A stretch of DNA of 64,000 nt from Verrucomicrobiota bacterium (GCA_033762115.1 JANRLX010000067.1:33189-97188); one strand, 5' to 3'; shown: positions 20,249 through 30,170, numbered from the stretch's first letter. The notes: generated from the letters alone by a model not told the origin. A program made the numbers and translations.

Positions 20249-22825
20249 ATGGCTCGAAAAACATCTTCCGCTCCAACTGAAAGCCGTCCCAATGACGTGC
20301 TGGGGCTGGTGTTCCTTCTCTTTTCCACCCTTCTGCTGGTAGCATTACTGACTTACGATCGGAAAGACATCTCCACCACTACCCTGCCGGTTAACAGCCA
20401 GATCCATAATTGGATCGGCATTGCAGGGGCACGGGTCGCTTACGCTTTTTTCTTTGTCATGGGGGGCGCTGCGTATCTTGTTCCAGTAGCGCTGGCGTTC
20501 ATTGGAATGGGCTACCTGATGGAGTTCCTGTTTTATTTTCAACGACGCTGGCTCTGGTCTGGGGTGTTGATCCTTTGTTGTATGGGCTTTCTGGATCTTC
20601 ATGGTGAATATTTCACTTCCCTGACCCGGACATTGAATGCTCCCGGACCAGGCGGAATCGTCGGCCAGGCCATGAATTCCGTTTTGTTCAGCCATTTCGG
20701 CCGAGTGGGAGCTACCATCATCTTCCTCACTCTTTATCTGATCAGTCTCCTTTATCTGACGAATTTTAAATTGGGTGAATGGTGCAGGGCAGTTTGGCAA
20801 CGTTATCTGGAAAGCCGCGAGGAAGCGAAAGCCCGTGCCAAAAATCCGAGCGCCACCCCTGAAGAGCGGGCTTTAGAAAAGAAAGCGCGTGAACTGGAGA
20901 AGCAAGCTCGCAGGTTAAAAGACGAAACAGCGGATGAAGAGGAGGAACGTTCCGGGCTGGGGGCCGACCTGCAACCAATTCCCGAACCGACAGTGCGCGA
21001 TTTAAGCATTCCGCAAGCGCGAACCAGGACCTCCAAATCCGCTTTACCTCCTGAATCGGAAAAACCGGTTATGGAAGGGGATGTTATTAGCGCCAGGGAG
21101 ATCGCTGCCGCATCCACAGCCGAGGTCCTCGGCAAAGCGGAACCTTCCGGCCGCACCCCTGGTGGCCCTGAAGAAATGCCGCTTAACGTCGTTCCCAAAA
21201 AACCTGCCGCCAAAAAAAGCAAGGCAATTACCGTCGCCTCCACCCCTCTTATCGGTAATTACAAATTACCGAGCATGGAGTTCCTGCACATGCCGGACAT
21301 TTCGGTGAAGCCCACCGAATCCAAGGAGGAATTAATGTCGAATGCCAGACTGATGCAGAGCACCTTGGCCCAATTTGATATTGAAGTGGCCCTGGGGGAC
21401 ATTACAAAAGGCCCCACCATTACCCGTTACGAATTGCACCCGGCTCCCGGAGTTCGCCTCGAGAAAATCTCCGCCCTTGGCAACAACATTGCCGCAGCCC
21501 TCAAAGCTGAACGGATTAACATCCTTGCTCCTGTTCCCGGAAAAAGTTCGGTCGGTGTTGAGGTTCCCAATGCTGTGAAAACCAAGGTCATTATGCGCGA
21601 CCTTCTTGAGTCAGAAGAGTGGCTGAATACCAAAGCGCGCATTCCCCTTGCCCTTGGAAAAGATGTCTATGGCCATCCGATCATTGCAGATTTGGCTGAG
21701 ATGCCTCACCTGCTGATTGCTGGAAGCACCGGATCCGGAAAATCCGTCTGCATCAACTCAATTATCGCTTCGCTGCTTTATCGCTTTTCGCCGGACCAGC
21801 TTCGTTTCGTCATGATCGATCCCAAAGTGGTCGAGTTGCAACAATACAACAGCCTTCCGCACCTGGTCGTCCCGGTGGTCAACGATCCAAAAAAAGTCAT
21901 CCTCGCCCTCCGTTGGGTGGTGAATGAAATGGAAAAGCGCTACCAGATTTTCGCGAAAGTCGGCGTTCGGAACATTAAATCATTCAACGAACGGCCCAAG
22001 GATAAACCGAAGGAATCAGACCAGCCTGAACTGCCACTCTCTTCCAAAAAAGAGAAAATCGAAACGAATGCCGAAGGAATGGCCGTGGAACTGGATGAGG
22101 AGATCGTGGTTCCCCGTGAGGATGAAATCGTCATTCCCGAAAAACTCAGTTACGTGGTCGTCATCATCGATGAATTGGCAGACCTGATGTTGGTTGCGCC
22201 AGCCGATGTCGAGATGGCCATTGCCCGTATTACTCAAATGGCCCGGGCCGCAGGGATTCATTGCATTGTTGCAACTCAAAGGCCGAGCGTTGATGTGATC
22301 ACCGGGGTGATCAAAGCCAACATCCCCGCACGTATCGCTTTCCAGGTCGCCGCCAAGGTTGATTCACGAACAATCCTGGATGCAATGGGTGCGGACAAAT
22401 TACTGGGAAAGGGTGACATGCTGTACCTCCCTCCCGGCGCTGCCAAATTGACTCGTGCCCAGGGGGTGCTTATTACCGACCAGGAAATCCAATCCGTGGT
22501 CGATTTCATTTCACAGCAGGGAAAACCAAGCTACGAGATGGAAATTCATCAACAGCTTTCCAAGCCGACCTCTGCTGGAGGCGATGGCGAGGAAGGGCTG
22601 GATGAGGACGAGGATTTAATCCAGCAATGTATTGAAGTTATTCGGAGCGAACAGAAAGCCAGTGTCTCTCTGATGCAACGTCGGCTTCGCCTCGGTTATA
22701 CCCGTGCGGCCCGGATCATGGATGAACTCGAGAACCGCGGGATCGTGGGGCCTAGCAAAGGTGCAGAACCGCGCGATATTCTTATCGATTTGGATGCAGC
22801 CAGTACCGATGGCAGTTCACGGTAA
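20249..22825 (+). CDS. ftsK: DNA translocase FtsK
   Basis: N-terminal TM domain, AGSTGSGKS, IDELADLM, ATQRPSVDVITG, gamma domain SLMQRRLRLGYTRAARIMD. Confidence 0.96.
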   Translation: MARKTSSAPTESRPNDVLGLVFLLFSTLLLVALLTYDRKDISTTTLPVNSQIHNWIGIAGARVAYAFFFVMGGAAYLVPVALAFIGMGYLMEFLFYFQRRWLWSGVLILCCMGFLDLHGEYFTSLTRTLNAPGPGGIVGQAMNSVLFSHFGRVGATIIFLTLYLISLLYLTNFKLGEWCRAVWQRYLESREEAKARAKNPSATPEERALEKKARELEKQARRLKDETADEEEERSGLGADLQPIPEPTVRDLSIPQARTRTSKSALPPESEKPVMEGDVISAREIAAASTAEVLGKAEPSGRTPGGPEEMPLNVVPKKPAAKKSKAITVASTPLIGNYKLPSMEFLHMPDISVKPTESKEELMSNARLMQSTLAQFDIEVALGDITKGPTITRYELHPAPGVRLEKISALGNNIAAALKAERINILAPVPGKSSVGVEVPNAVKTKVIMRDLLESEEWLNTKARIPLALGKDVYGHPIIADLAEMPHLLIAGSTGSGKSVCINSIIASLLYRFSPDQLRFVMIDPKVVELQQYNSLPHLVVPVVNDPKKVILALRWVVNEMEKRYQIFAKVGVRNIKSFNERPKDKPKESDQPELPLSSKKEKIETNAEGMAVELDEEIVVPREDEIVIPEKLSYVVVIIDELADLMLVAPADVEMAIARITQMARAAGIHCIVATQRPSVDVITGVIKANIPARIAFQVAAKVDSRTILDAMGADKLLGKGDMLYLPPGAAKLTRAQGVLITDQEIQSVVDFISQQGKPSYEMEIHQQLSKPTSAGGDGEEGLDEDEDLIQQCIEVIRSEQKASVSLMQRRLRLGYTRAARIMDELENRGIVGPSKGAEPRDILIDLDAASTDGSSR

Positions 22826-22843
22826 AGCTTTTGCCCAATTTGG

Positions 22844-23497
22844 ATGAAGGAAGATTACATTGCCCGCAAGGAACGTTGGGCCAGAAAAATGGCCGGTAAG
22901 GAAAGACCTGCCGTTCGCTCAGAGGACCGCCTTCCACCCGGCCAGCGACAAGTACACAATTTCCCAGTGCTCGATTTGGGAATTCGGCCGGATATTCCCC
23001 TTGATAAATGGCAGTTAAAAATCCATGGGAAAGTGGAAAACCCAGTCACTCTGAATTGGGATCAGTTCATGGCGTTGCCGCAGTTCAAGGATGTCAGCGA
23101 TTTCCATTGCGTCACCACCTGGAGCCAGTTCGATATGGAATGGCAGGGCGTGGCGTTCTTTACCATCACTGACCTCGTGAAACCGAAGCCCGAGGCAACC
23201 CACGTTTTTTTCAAAAGCTTTGATGGTTACTCAACCAATAACCCACTTGACGTCTGCCTTGATGACGATGTGCTAATCGCGCATACGTGGAACGGAAAAC
23301 CGATCAGCCGGGAGCATGGCGGTCCAGCCAGAGTGATCATTCCGAAACGATACGCATGGAAAGGCGCGAAATTCATTCGTGAGATCACCTTTCTTGACCG
23401 GGACATCCTTGGTTTTTGGGAAGTGCGTGGATATTCCAACAGCGCCGATCCATGGTTGGAAGAACGCTTTTCTGAAGAGAAAGTTGGGCCACCCTGA
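22844..23497 (+). CDS. Molybdopterin-dependent oxidoreductase (sulfite oxidase/YuiH-like)
   Basis: RLPPGQ, DFHCVTTWS, EHGGPAR, YAWKGAKF, GFWEVRGY. Confidence 0.9.
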   Translation: MKEDYIARKERWARKMAGKERPAVRSEDRLPPGQRQVHNFPVLDLGIRPDIPLDKWQLKIHGKVENPVTLNWDQFMALPQFKDVSDFHCVTTWSQFDMEWQGVAFFTITDLVKPKPEATHVFFKSFDGYSTNNPLDVCLDDDVLIAHTWNGKPISREHGGPARVIIPKRYAWKGAKFIREITFLDRDILGFWEVRGYSNSADPWLEERFSEEKVGPP

Positions 23498-23517
23498 ACC
23501 TATCTCAATCGAATAAA

Positions 23518-23607
23518 TGGCGGAAGGGGAGGGATTTGAACCCCCGGTAGGGTTGCCCCTACGCCTGATTTCGAGTCAGGTGCCTTAGACCACTCAGCCA
23601 CCCTTCC
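23518..23607 (-). tRNA. tRNA-Ser (anticodon CGA), 90 nt, encoded CCA
   Basis: GGAAGGG acceptor stem, TGGCTGAGTGGTCTAAGGC D-arm, anticodon stem-loop CCTGA-CTCGAAA-TCAGG, long variable arm, GGTTCAAATCC T-arm, ends CCTTCCGCCA. Confidence 0.97.
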
Positions 23608-23651
23608 GTCGCCAGTATTTTCAATGGTTTTGTGAGGTTTTGTTGCCTCTC

Positions 23652-23685
23652 GATTTGCAAATCTGATACAGCAATGTGATACTAT
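23652..23685. promoter_or_regulatory. Divergent tRNA/integrase control region (palindrome, TGATAC repeats, extended -10)
   Basis: Perfect palindrome GATTTGCAAATC at 23652-23663; TGATAC at 23664 and 23677; TGnTACTAT at 23677-23685 just before the integrase ATG. Confidence 0.5.
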
Positions 23686-23689
23686 ATTC

Positions 23690-25186
23690 ATGAATGCCGA
23701 TCAATCGGAAGCAAAGGTTGACTCCGAAGACCAATCGCCATGGCAAAAAACACCTGTAGCGAATTTGGTCCGCTACATTCCATCTGGAATATATTTTGCA
23801 CGCGGACACGTAAACGGCAAGTTGATTCGGAAATCGCTGAAGACAGATCGAATCAGCGTCGCGAAATTTCGGCTCAACGACCTGATCAAGGAGGAGCAAC
23901 GGAAAGCGGAAGCAACAAAAGCCGTAGCAAAGGGCAAGATGCTTTTCAAGGACGCCCTTCACACGTATCGAGAACGCCTGAAGGCTGACCTTTCGTTAAA
24001 AGAACGGAGCAAGGTTTACCGCGAGGAGCGAATCACTGCCCTGCTGAAATCCTGGCCTGATTTGGAAAACTCAGATGTTTCGAAAATCACCAAAGCCGAG
24101 TGCCTCGAATGGGCGGGGCGATTCGGAAAAAAATCCAGCTCGACCGCTTTCAATAACACCGTCGGCACGCTTCGAATGATCCTTAACATCGGAGTTGAAG
24201 CGGGTGCTCGTTATGACAATCCAGCCAACGCAATCAAACGAATGCGAATTCGCCAGAAACAGGTCAAGCTTCCAAGCCACGATGATTTCCTGGCACTCGT
24301 TAAGACAATCCGGTCGAACGACGGCGGATGGAATCATCGTTGCGCGGATTTGGTCGAATTTCTCGCGTACTCAGGCTGCCGAAAAGGAGAAGCAGCTCGC
24401 GTCACGGGGCGAGACTGTGATCTGGACAAGGGTGAGATTACTGTTTTGGGCGATCCGGTGACAGGCACGAAGAATTGGGAAATCCGTCGCGTTCCGATAA
24501 TTCCCGACATGAAACGATTGCTCGGACGACTTTGCGAAGAACGTGGCGAGCTGGAATTCCGAAGCAATCCGGTGATGCGCATCAAGGAGTGCCAAGGCGC
24601 AATTACCTCTGCCTGTCGAAAGCTCGGAATCGAGCGATTCACGCATCATGACCTTCGACATTTGTTTGCCACTCGCTGTATCGAATCCGGTGTGGACATC
24701 CCAACGGTCAGCCGATGGCTGGGGCACAAAGACGGGGGAGCCCTTGCGATGAAGACATATGGGCATTTGCGGGACCAACACTCCGCTAACATGGCGCAAA
24801 AAGTTGTGTTCTCAGAATTGGTGCCGAACGTTGTTCAATTCCCTCCTGGGTCGTTAGCGCAAAGCCCGCCACCCGGACAGTCGAACGTTGTGGAGAAAAA
24901 GACCGTCGCTCAAGCAAAGGCAAAGTACAATTATCCATGGTGGGCCTCGAAAAACCCTCTGGAAATGTTTTGGGGGCAGCTTAACGAAGAGGTTCAAATC
25001 GTTGCGCCTGAAAAATTTCATGAATGCGCCAAGCAAGCAATGAACCGGGAGGTTTTTGCAGACGAACTTGAAGACCGAGAACCATTGAAAGAGGAGTTGG
25101 CGGAACGGATTTCAAACACAGAGCTGGATAAACTCGCGAGCAAGATTCAAATGAAACGATCCGGTCCTGCTTTGAAAGTCGGTTGA
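23690..25186 (+). CDS. Tyrosine recombinase/integrase with C-terminal extension
   Basis: AYSGCRKGEA (R), TKN (K), HDLRH (H-x-x-R), WLGH, KTYGH (Tyr ~357). Confidence 0.95.
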   Translation: MNADQSEAKVDSEDQSPWQKTPVANLVRYIPSGIYFARGHVNGKLIRKSLKTDRISVAKFRLNDLIKEEQRKAEATKAVAKGKMLFKDALHTYRERLKADLSLKERSKVYREERITALLKSWPDLENSDVSKITKAECLEWAGRFGKKSSSTAFNNTVGTLRMILNIGVEAGARYDNPANAIKRMRIRQKQVKLPSHDDFLALVKTIRSNDGGWNHRCADLVEFLAYSGCRKGEAARVTGRDCDLDKGEITVLGDPVTGTKNWEIRRVPIIPDMKRLLGRLCEERGELEFRSNPVMRIKECQGAITSACRKLGIERFTHHDLRHLFATRCIESGVDIPTVSRWLGHKDGGALAMKTYGHLRDQHSANMAQKVVFSELVPNVVQFPPGSLAQSPPPGQSNVVEKKTVAQAKAKYNYPWWASKNPLEMFWGQLNEEVQIVAPEKFHECAKQAMNREVFADELEDREPLKEELAERISNTELDKLASKIQMKRSGPALKVG

Positions 25187-25205
25187 TGCCGTATTGGAAT
25201 CGCTC

Positions 25206-26978
25206 CTACAGGCGTTTCGAGGATGCGCGCTGAATTTCATGGTCCAGCATCTCACGGAAGCGTTTGCAATTTGATGACGGAACCATATTTTTGGTTTTCG
25301 CGTCGAGTAGTTTTCTGCGAATGGCCTCGGCTCCGTCGACCGAATAAACCGCCTCGATCGATTGCTCGATATTTCTTGCGAGGGCCTGATCTGTCGCCAG
25401 CACGTCTATTGCCTGACTAAAACCTTTGCCGAAATGCGCGTTGTGGGGATCATTAGCATCTACCGCTTTGTAGCATTCCGCTCCTGTCCGCTTGATGATG
25501 CCGAGCACCAGCCCGACACACAGCAGACGCACAGGACGTAACGGGTCATGAGCGGATTCCGGCGAGAACGCAACAAGGAAGTCGTCCTCCGCAACAGCGA
25601 CAATCATTGGGGAACGTTGCTCCGGTGTGAGGCTTTGAAATTGGCGCACTCCTTCGAGATATTCCGTTATTTCGGAGCAAGGCTCGAAACGTGATTCCGT
25701 CACGCAGACAAACTCATCGCTCCGTGGGTGATTGATCGTGCGAACAATCATGTCTTTGGAAATCCCAATAACGTCTTTGCAAACGGGGGCTGTTTCTCCC
25801 CCTTCCACCATCAAGAAGCGATGACGGATGCGCTGACGACCTGGTGTTGGACTGGCCGTAGCAAACTCGTGGGATTGCAGGTCAATTTGTTTGAGTAACA
25901 ATTGCTTGTCGCCGTTACGTTGGCTGTAAAACTCGCCGAAGCTTTCTGGAAGTCTGACCTTCGACGCCACTTTTTCAGCTTGGTTGCGGATCGCTTCGGA
26001 CAATGGTTGCTCCGCTTCGCGGGAGGCGATTGCTTGTCGGATTGATGCTTCGTTCAACACAACTTCATTCTCCACAATTCCAGCGATTTCACTCGGCAAG
26101 GGTAGCCCCTTGTTGCAGCCGGTAACGTTCTGCAATCGGTTGGTCGCATCAATTTTCAATCCTGCGTCGCTTGCCTCAGACGAAGTCACGCTTTTCGCAT
26201 CGACATAATCACCCGACAATTGACTGAGTGATTTCGCGAGCGTTTCATAGCCTTCGGCTGCGGCGGAGCAGGCACCCTGCTCGAATCGAATTGCGGCTCG
26301 CTTTTCCAGCGCAGCAAGCCAGCGCGATGCGGCGACACGCGTGTACGCAGGAAACAGACGGCTCGGCCACCAACGGCGGGCGCGATCTTCAAACATGGCA
26401 GTTGCGTCTCGAACTTCGCGGTCTGCGCTTTCCACAGCTTTGCAGGCGTCTGTGTTGCGTCCTTGCGCGGTTTGTTGATACTCACGAACAGCCGACAGGG
26501 CTTCCGCATACGATTGTGCAATCTCATTGAGGCTGTGTCCCGCAGACAGCAGTTCGTTGGCCTGCTGATGGACTGTGGCCTGCGTCTGCATCGTCTGAGC
26601 CATTGCCAGTCCTCGACTTTCGTCGGCGGATGATTTTGCGGCTATCTTTTCCTCCGCTTGCGCGAAATACAAGACCGTTTGTTTGAGCACGCCATGATCG
26701 AATTCAAACAAACAATAAATGCTCGCAATGAAAGACCCAGCCGCCAGGATCGCTCCAATGCTTGCCCAAAGTCCTTCTGGAGCAAATATCGAACCTGCCA
26801 GTAACAGGCAAGCGAGCACCACAAGGGTTACTGCATGAAGTGTTTTACGCCACTTTCCTCCTGATGCGACTTTTGCGCGGGTCAGCAAGACCGCTTCGCG
26901 AAGTTTCGTCTTGCTCTGGTTCGGTGAAACGTTTGCCAGCAGCGTCTCGACTTCAGGGACTTGAATGTTTGTTCTCAT
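25206..26978 (-). CDS. 2-TM coiled-coil protein; probable C-terminal partner of the tubulin-like protein
   Basis: Two TM helices, long Ala/Glu-rich helical region, C-terminal segment (VGLVLGIIKR...Y...FGKG) reminiscent of long Tubulin_2 protein C-termini. Confidence 0.6.
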   Translation of the reverse strand: MRTNIQVPEVETLLANVSPNQSKTKLREAVLLTRAKVASGGKWRKTLHAVTLVVLACLLLAGSIFAPEGLWASIGAILAAGSFIASIYCLFEFDHGVLKQTVLYFAQAEEKIAAKSSADESRGLAMAQTMQTQATVHQQANELLSAGHSLNEIAQSYAEALSAVREYQQTAQGRNTDACKAVESADREVRDATAMFEDRARRWWPSRLFPAYTRVAASRWLAALEKRAAIRFEQGACSAAAEGYETLAKSLSQLSGDYVDAKSVTSSEASDAGLKIDATNRLQNVTGCNKGLPLPSEIAGIVENEVVLNEASIRQAIASREAEQPLSEAIRNQAEKVASKVRLPESFGEFYSQRNGDKQLLLKQIDLQSHEFATASPTPGRQRIRHRFLMVEGGETAPVCKDVIGISKDMIVRTINHPRSDEFVCVTESRFEPCSEITEYLEGVRQFQSLTPEQRSPMIVAVAEDDFLVAFSPESAHDPLRPVRLLCVGLVLGIIKRTGAECYKAVDANDPHNAHFGKGFSQAIDVLATDQALARNIEQSIEAVYSVDGAEAIRRKLLDAKTKNMVPSSNCKRFREMLDHEIQRASSKRL

Positions 26979-27012
26979 AAAATAGATCGAATGGTTATTT
27001 GATGTGTGATGG

Positions 27013-28104
27013 TTAGTTATTGTCGCGGTTCAACATTCTTGAGATGGCAAGGATCGCGGCGTTAAAAGCAATCTCGCGGTTCAAATCACGGTCAATCGCA
27101 AATCTCGCCAAGCCGAGCCGACGAATACCGCGATAACCCAACGACGTGTCCAAGACAGTCTTTTGCGGGTCGCAAAACGCCGATTCGGAAAGCCCTCCCA
27201 ATTGGCTGTGCGCCATGTAAAAAAGGAGAAGCCCGATGCTCGAAGCCACTTCATCACGGTCGCCTGCAACGAGATTGCCAGTTGAACATCCCCAGATTGT
27301 AAAAGTATCCAGCAGTTTCGAGCCGGGTTCGTGTGTAATTTTCGCGCCGGTGAACAATCCGAATTCAATTCGGGCAGCATCCGTCATCGCGACCAAAACC
27401 TCTTTGCATGTCGCGCCGAATGCGCCCCAGGCCGTGACCACATCGTGCGTCTTCGCCACGCTAGGACTTGTCAAGATGACGTGGACGCGGATTTTGAGCC
27501 CAAGCAATTTCGCAACATACCGGATGCGAGAGATGATGTAGAGCAAGAGTCCGGCAGCGGTTGATCCAAAACCCGACCCAAAGAGGTTTACGTCGAGAAC
27601 ATCACTGGCGAGAATCGACGTGCCCTGGTCGCACAATGCGCCGTATCGACAGCGATTCCTTTCAGTCGTAAAGAGATTGGAGAGGCTTTGAACAATCAAG
27701 GGATCTTCGGCCTTCCCAACATTCACCGCGAAAATCTTTTGCCCTCCAGCCCCTTCTTTCGATGTTGCAGGTGGAATCTTGTCGAGCTTTTCCGCATCGC
27801 GGCGCGTGCATGGATTCCGGCGGGCCATCGCAGCCAATTCTTGCGTGGTACGTTCATGCAGGATGATTACTTCTTCGTCTCCCAAGGAAACCGAACCTTT
27901 CGTTGGCCCCAACGTTACCGAGTAGTTTCGAGAGCTTTCCGCCGTGTCGATAACGAGCGTCGGAATGTGGGTCAATGGCTCATTGCCCATGAGCTTGGTT
28001 TCCCAGGCACGGTGATGTGTCCCAATGTATGTGCCCAATGTACCCAATCCGATATTAACACTTGGGTTGCGAACGCGGGGGGCGTTGTCAGTTGTGAATT
28101 TCAT
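27013..28104 (-). CDS. Tubulin/FtsZ-like GTPase domain protein (Tubulin_2-like), degenerate signature
   Basis: NIGLGTLG (T1), LVIDT (T2), EGAGG (T3), FGSGFGSTAAG (T4-like) in the correct order. Confidence 0.75.
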   Translation of the reverse strand: MKFTTDNAPRVRNPSVNIGLGTLGTYIGTHHRAWETKLMGNEPLTHIPTLVIDTAESSRNYSVTLGPTKGSVSLGDEEVIILHERTTQELAAMARRNPCTRRDAEKLDKIPPATSKEGAGGQKIFAVNVGKAEDPLIVQSLSNLFTTERNRCRYGALCDQGTSILASDVLDVNLFGSGFGSTAAGLLLYIISRIRYVAKLLGLKIRVHVILTSPSVAKTHDVVTAWGAFGATCKEVLVAMTDAARIEFGLFTGAKITHEPGSKLLDTFTIWGCSTGNLVAGDRDEVASSIGLLLFYMAHSQLGGLSESAFCDPQKTVLDTSLGYRGIRRLGLARFAIDRDLNREIAFNAAILAISRMLNRDNN

Positions 28105-28134
28105 AATGATGTCCTATTCGTTTGGTTTCAGTTG

Positions 28135-29919
28135 TTAAATCGTTTCGGATTGCGGTTCGAGAGAGGGCATTTCTACTGCTGTCACACCTTGGAAAATCCA
28201 ACCCGTGGCAGGAAATGATTCACTGGCTGCTATTTGATCACCTGGGCGTAAACGACGCCTACCCGCCACGCTGACTCCATTGAGCTTTATTCCGCCCAGC
28301 GCAACTAGGACAGGTCTGCCAAACCAGTCACGTGCAATAGCAGAGGCGGTTCCACACATATCAGCGGGAGCCGAATGCGGTGGATTGCTCAGAATCGCGA
28401 CCTCTCCCGGACCCGCCACAATCACTCCGTGATTCTCGCCACTGGTCTGTTCGCTGAGTTCAATTTTCACCAAACGATTCCGGGCGTGGGTTGCAATACC
28501 AATGATGAATATCCCAGCAATTAGAATCAATCCGACCGCGCCGGCGGCGAGCTTTAAAGAAAGGCTCAATGGAGCAGGAGGCACTTTGGTGCGTCCTTCA
28601 ACGGGAGGTAGAGCACGCTTTCCGTCCAGACCGACTGCCTCGGAATTTGTTGCAACCTTTTTGGAAGCGACATAAGGCGTGGCTGCGTTGGTTTGGAAAG
28701 TGCGGCCCGGCAGATTGGCTTGTGCAACTTGTAATGGCGCGGAATTGCTCAAAGACAGAATGGGTCTATCCACAAAGACCTTTTGGACGTTCGTCACATA
28801 CTCGATCACCTTGTTTGTGACCACAGTGCGAGTCGTAATAGGAACCGACTTTTCAACGATGTTCGTTATGACGATGGGGGCTGGGGCAGGCATGGGCTTT
28901 TCAATCGTCCTGACAACTTCATTTGTAACGATGAGCGTCACGGGGGGTTGCACGGCGGGTTTTCGTCGCTCTGCCTCTTGGGCACTGCGAAGAGCAGTCA
29001 ACTGGGTTTGCAATTCGCCTTGTTCGCGTGTTAGCCGTGCGACTTCGGCGGCAGTTTTCCCAACGTCTGGTGAGCTCGGCTCCATTTGTGGGACGGCCTT
29101 CACTTGAGCCAGTTGGCGAGTGCAATCATCCAAAACTGTTTTTACATCGGTGAGCCCAGCGCGAATGAGATTGCGGTATTCGCCCTGTTTGCTTTGGAAA
29201 ACCTGAACGATGTTTGAGGTAGTGGCTCTTGTATTGAATTGCTTGTTCAAGCTGGCAACGCGCAGTTCAGCAGTTTGGAGCTGTTTGCGGAGGATCGCGT
29301 ATACCGCGTTAAGTTTTCGCTGTTCCTCACCCCGGATATATCCAAGCGAGGATTTGAGTTGTGAAATTCTGTCTGCTTCACCTTCTAAACGAATTCCAAC
29401 CAGGTCCGTGAGGAAGGACGCTCGGACCAATTGTTCAGGTGCTCCGGGAAGACCTGCATCAAGCAAGCGGGATGCGGACTCAAGGTTTCGCTCGATTTCC
29501 GAAAGCGATTCTTGAGATCTGCCTTGCTCGCTTTTCAAGAACTCACGAGTGTAAAACACACCGTTTTGTTGGGGCGCCGCTATCGCCGGCATGAACGCGA
29601 AGGCCACCAAAAACATCACGACCGCCAACGCACATCGACGATGAGCACATCCGGTTATTCTTCGCTTTGCGTCGGACTTCTCGAGCATCAGGGAAATTGG
29701 AGAAGAAAATTCCAAATTAAAGGTAGGGTCAACGCGGTGGGCACTAGTGGGTTTGGCCACTGTGGGTTCGACTGTCATATTAAGCTCCGTCCCGGGGTGT
29801 CTCTTTGTCGTCATATTCCTCATGCGTGACGGGAAATGTCGTCTCCATGACACGTTTGGAACGCCAGATCGTAGGATGCCAAGCGACTTTGAAGGCAGGT
29901 AAGCGTTAGCAGTTCGCAC
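28135..29919 (-). CDS. Exported coiled-coil membrane-anchored protein with C-terminal FHA-like domain (true start probably 29778 or 29688)
   Basis: Signal-like ALAVVMFLVAFAFMPAIAA, coiled coil, Val/Thr/Pro stalk, TM helix, then GGIKLNGVSV..RRRLRPGDQI typical of FHA C-terminal strands. Confidence 0.6.
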   Translation of the reverse strand: MRTANAYLPSKSLGILRSGVPNVSWRRHFPSRMRNMTTKRHPGTELNMTVEPTVAKPTSAHRVDPTFNLEFSSPISLMLEKSDAKRRITGCAHRRCALAVVMFLVAFAFMPAIAAPQQNGVFYTREFLKSEQGRSQESLSEIERNLESASRLLDAGLPGAPEQLVRASFLTDLVGIRLEGEADRISQLKSSLGYIRGEEQRKLNAVYAILRKQLQTAELRVASLNKQFNTRATTSNIVQVFQSKQGEYRNLIRAGLTDVKTVLDDCTRQLAQVKAVPQMEPSSPDVGKTAAEVARLTREQGELQTQLTALRSAQEAERRKPAVQPPVTLIVTNEVVRTIEKPMPAPAPIVITNIVEKSVPITTRTVVTNKVIEYVTNVQKVFVDRPILSLSNSAPLQVAQANLPGRTFQTNAATPYVASKKVATNSEAVGLDGKRALPPVEGRTKVPPAPLSLSLKLAAGAVGLILIAGIFIIGIATHARNRLVKIELSEQTSGENHGVIVAGPGEVAILSNPPHSAPADMCGTASAIARDWFGRPVLVALGGIKLNGVSVAGRRRLRPGDQIAASESFPATGWIFQGVTAVEMPSLEPQSETI

Positions 29920-30170
29920 AGAACTATTGCGTGACTTCTTCTGGGGAGACCGTGACAGTATTCGGCTAGCCTAGAGCTATCCTGTAACTTGACTGGCCGA
30001 TTAACCGGCGCGGAAAAATGCGACTAGAAGTTCCTGCGAAAGGAGGTTGCTACAACTCAACAACTCAAAAGGGCGTGACGAGATAACAAGAAAATGAATA
30101 GGTTCGAAACAACCGAAGATCGATAACTGATTGAGGATTGAAAATTGAACAAACTGAACTTCGAACTACG

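Noticed and set aside
23500..23691. 63-aa minus-strand ORF
   Set aside because: It is a translation of the tRNA-Ser gene.
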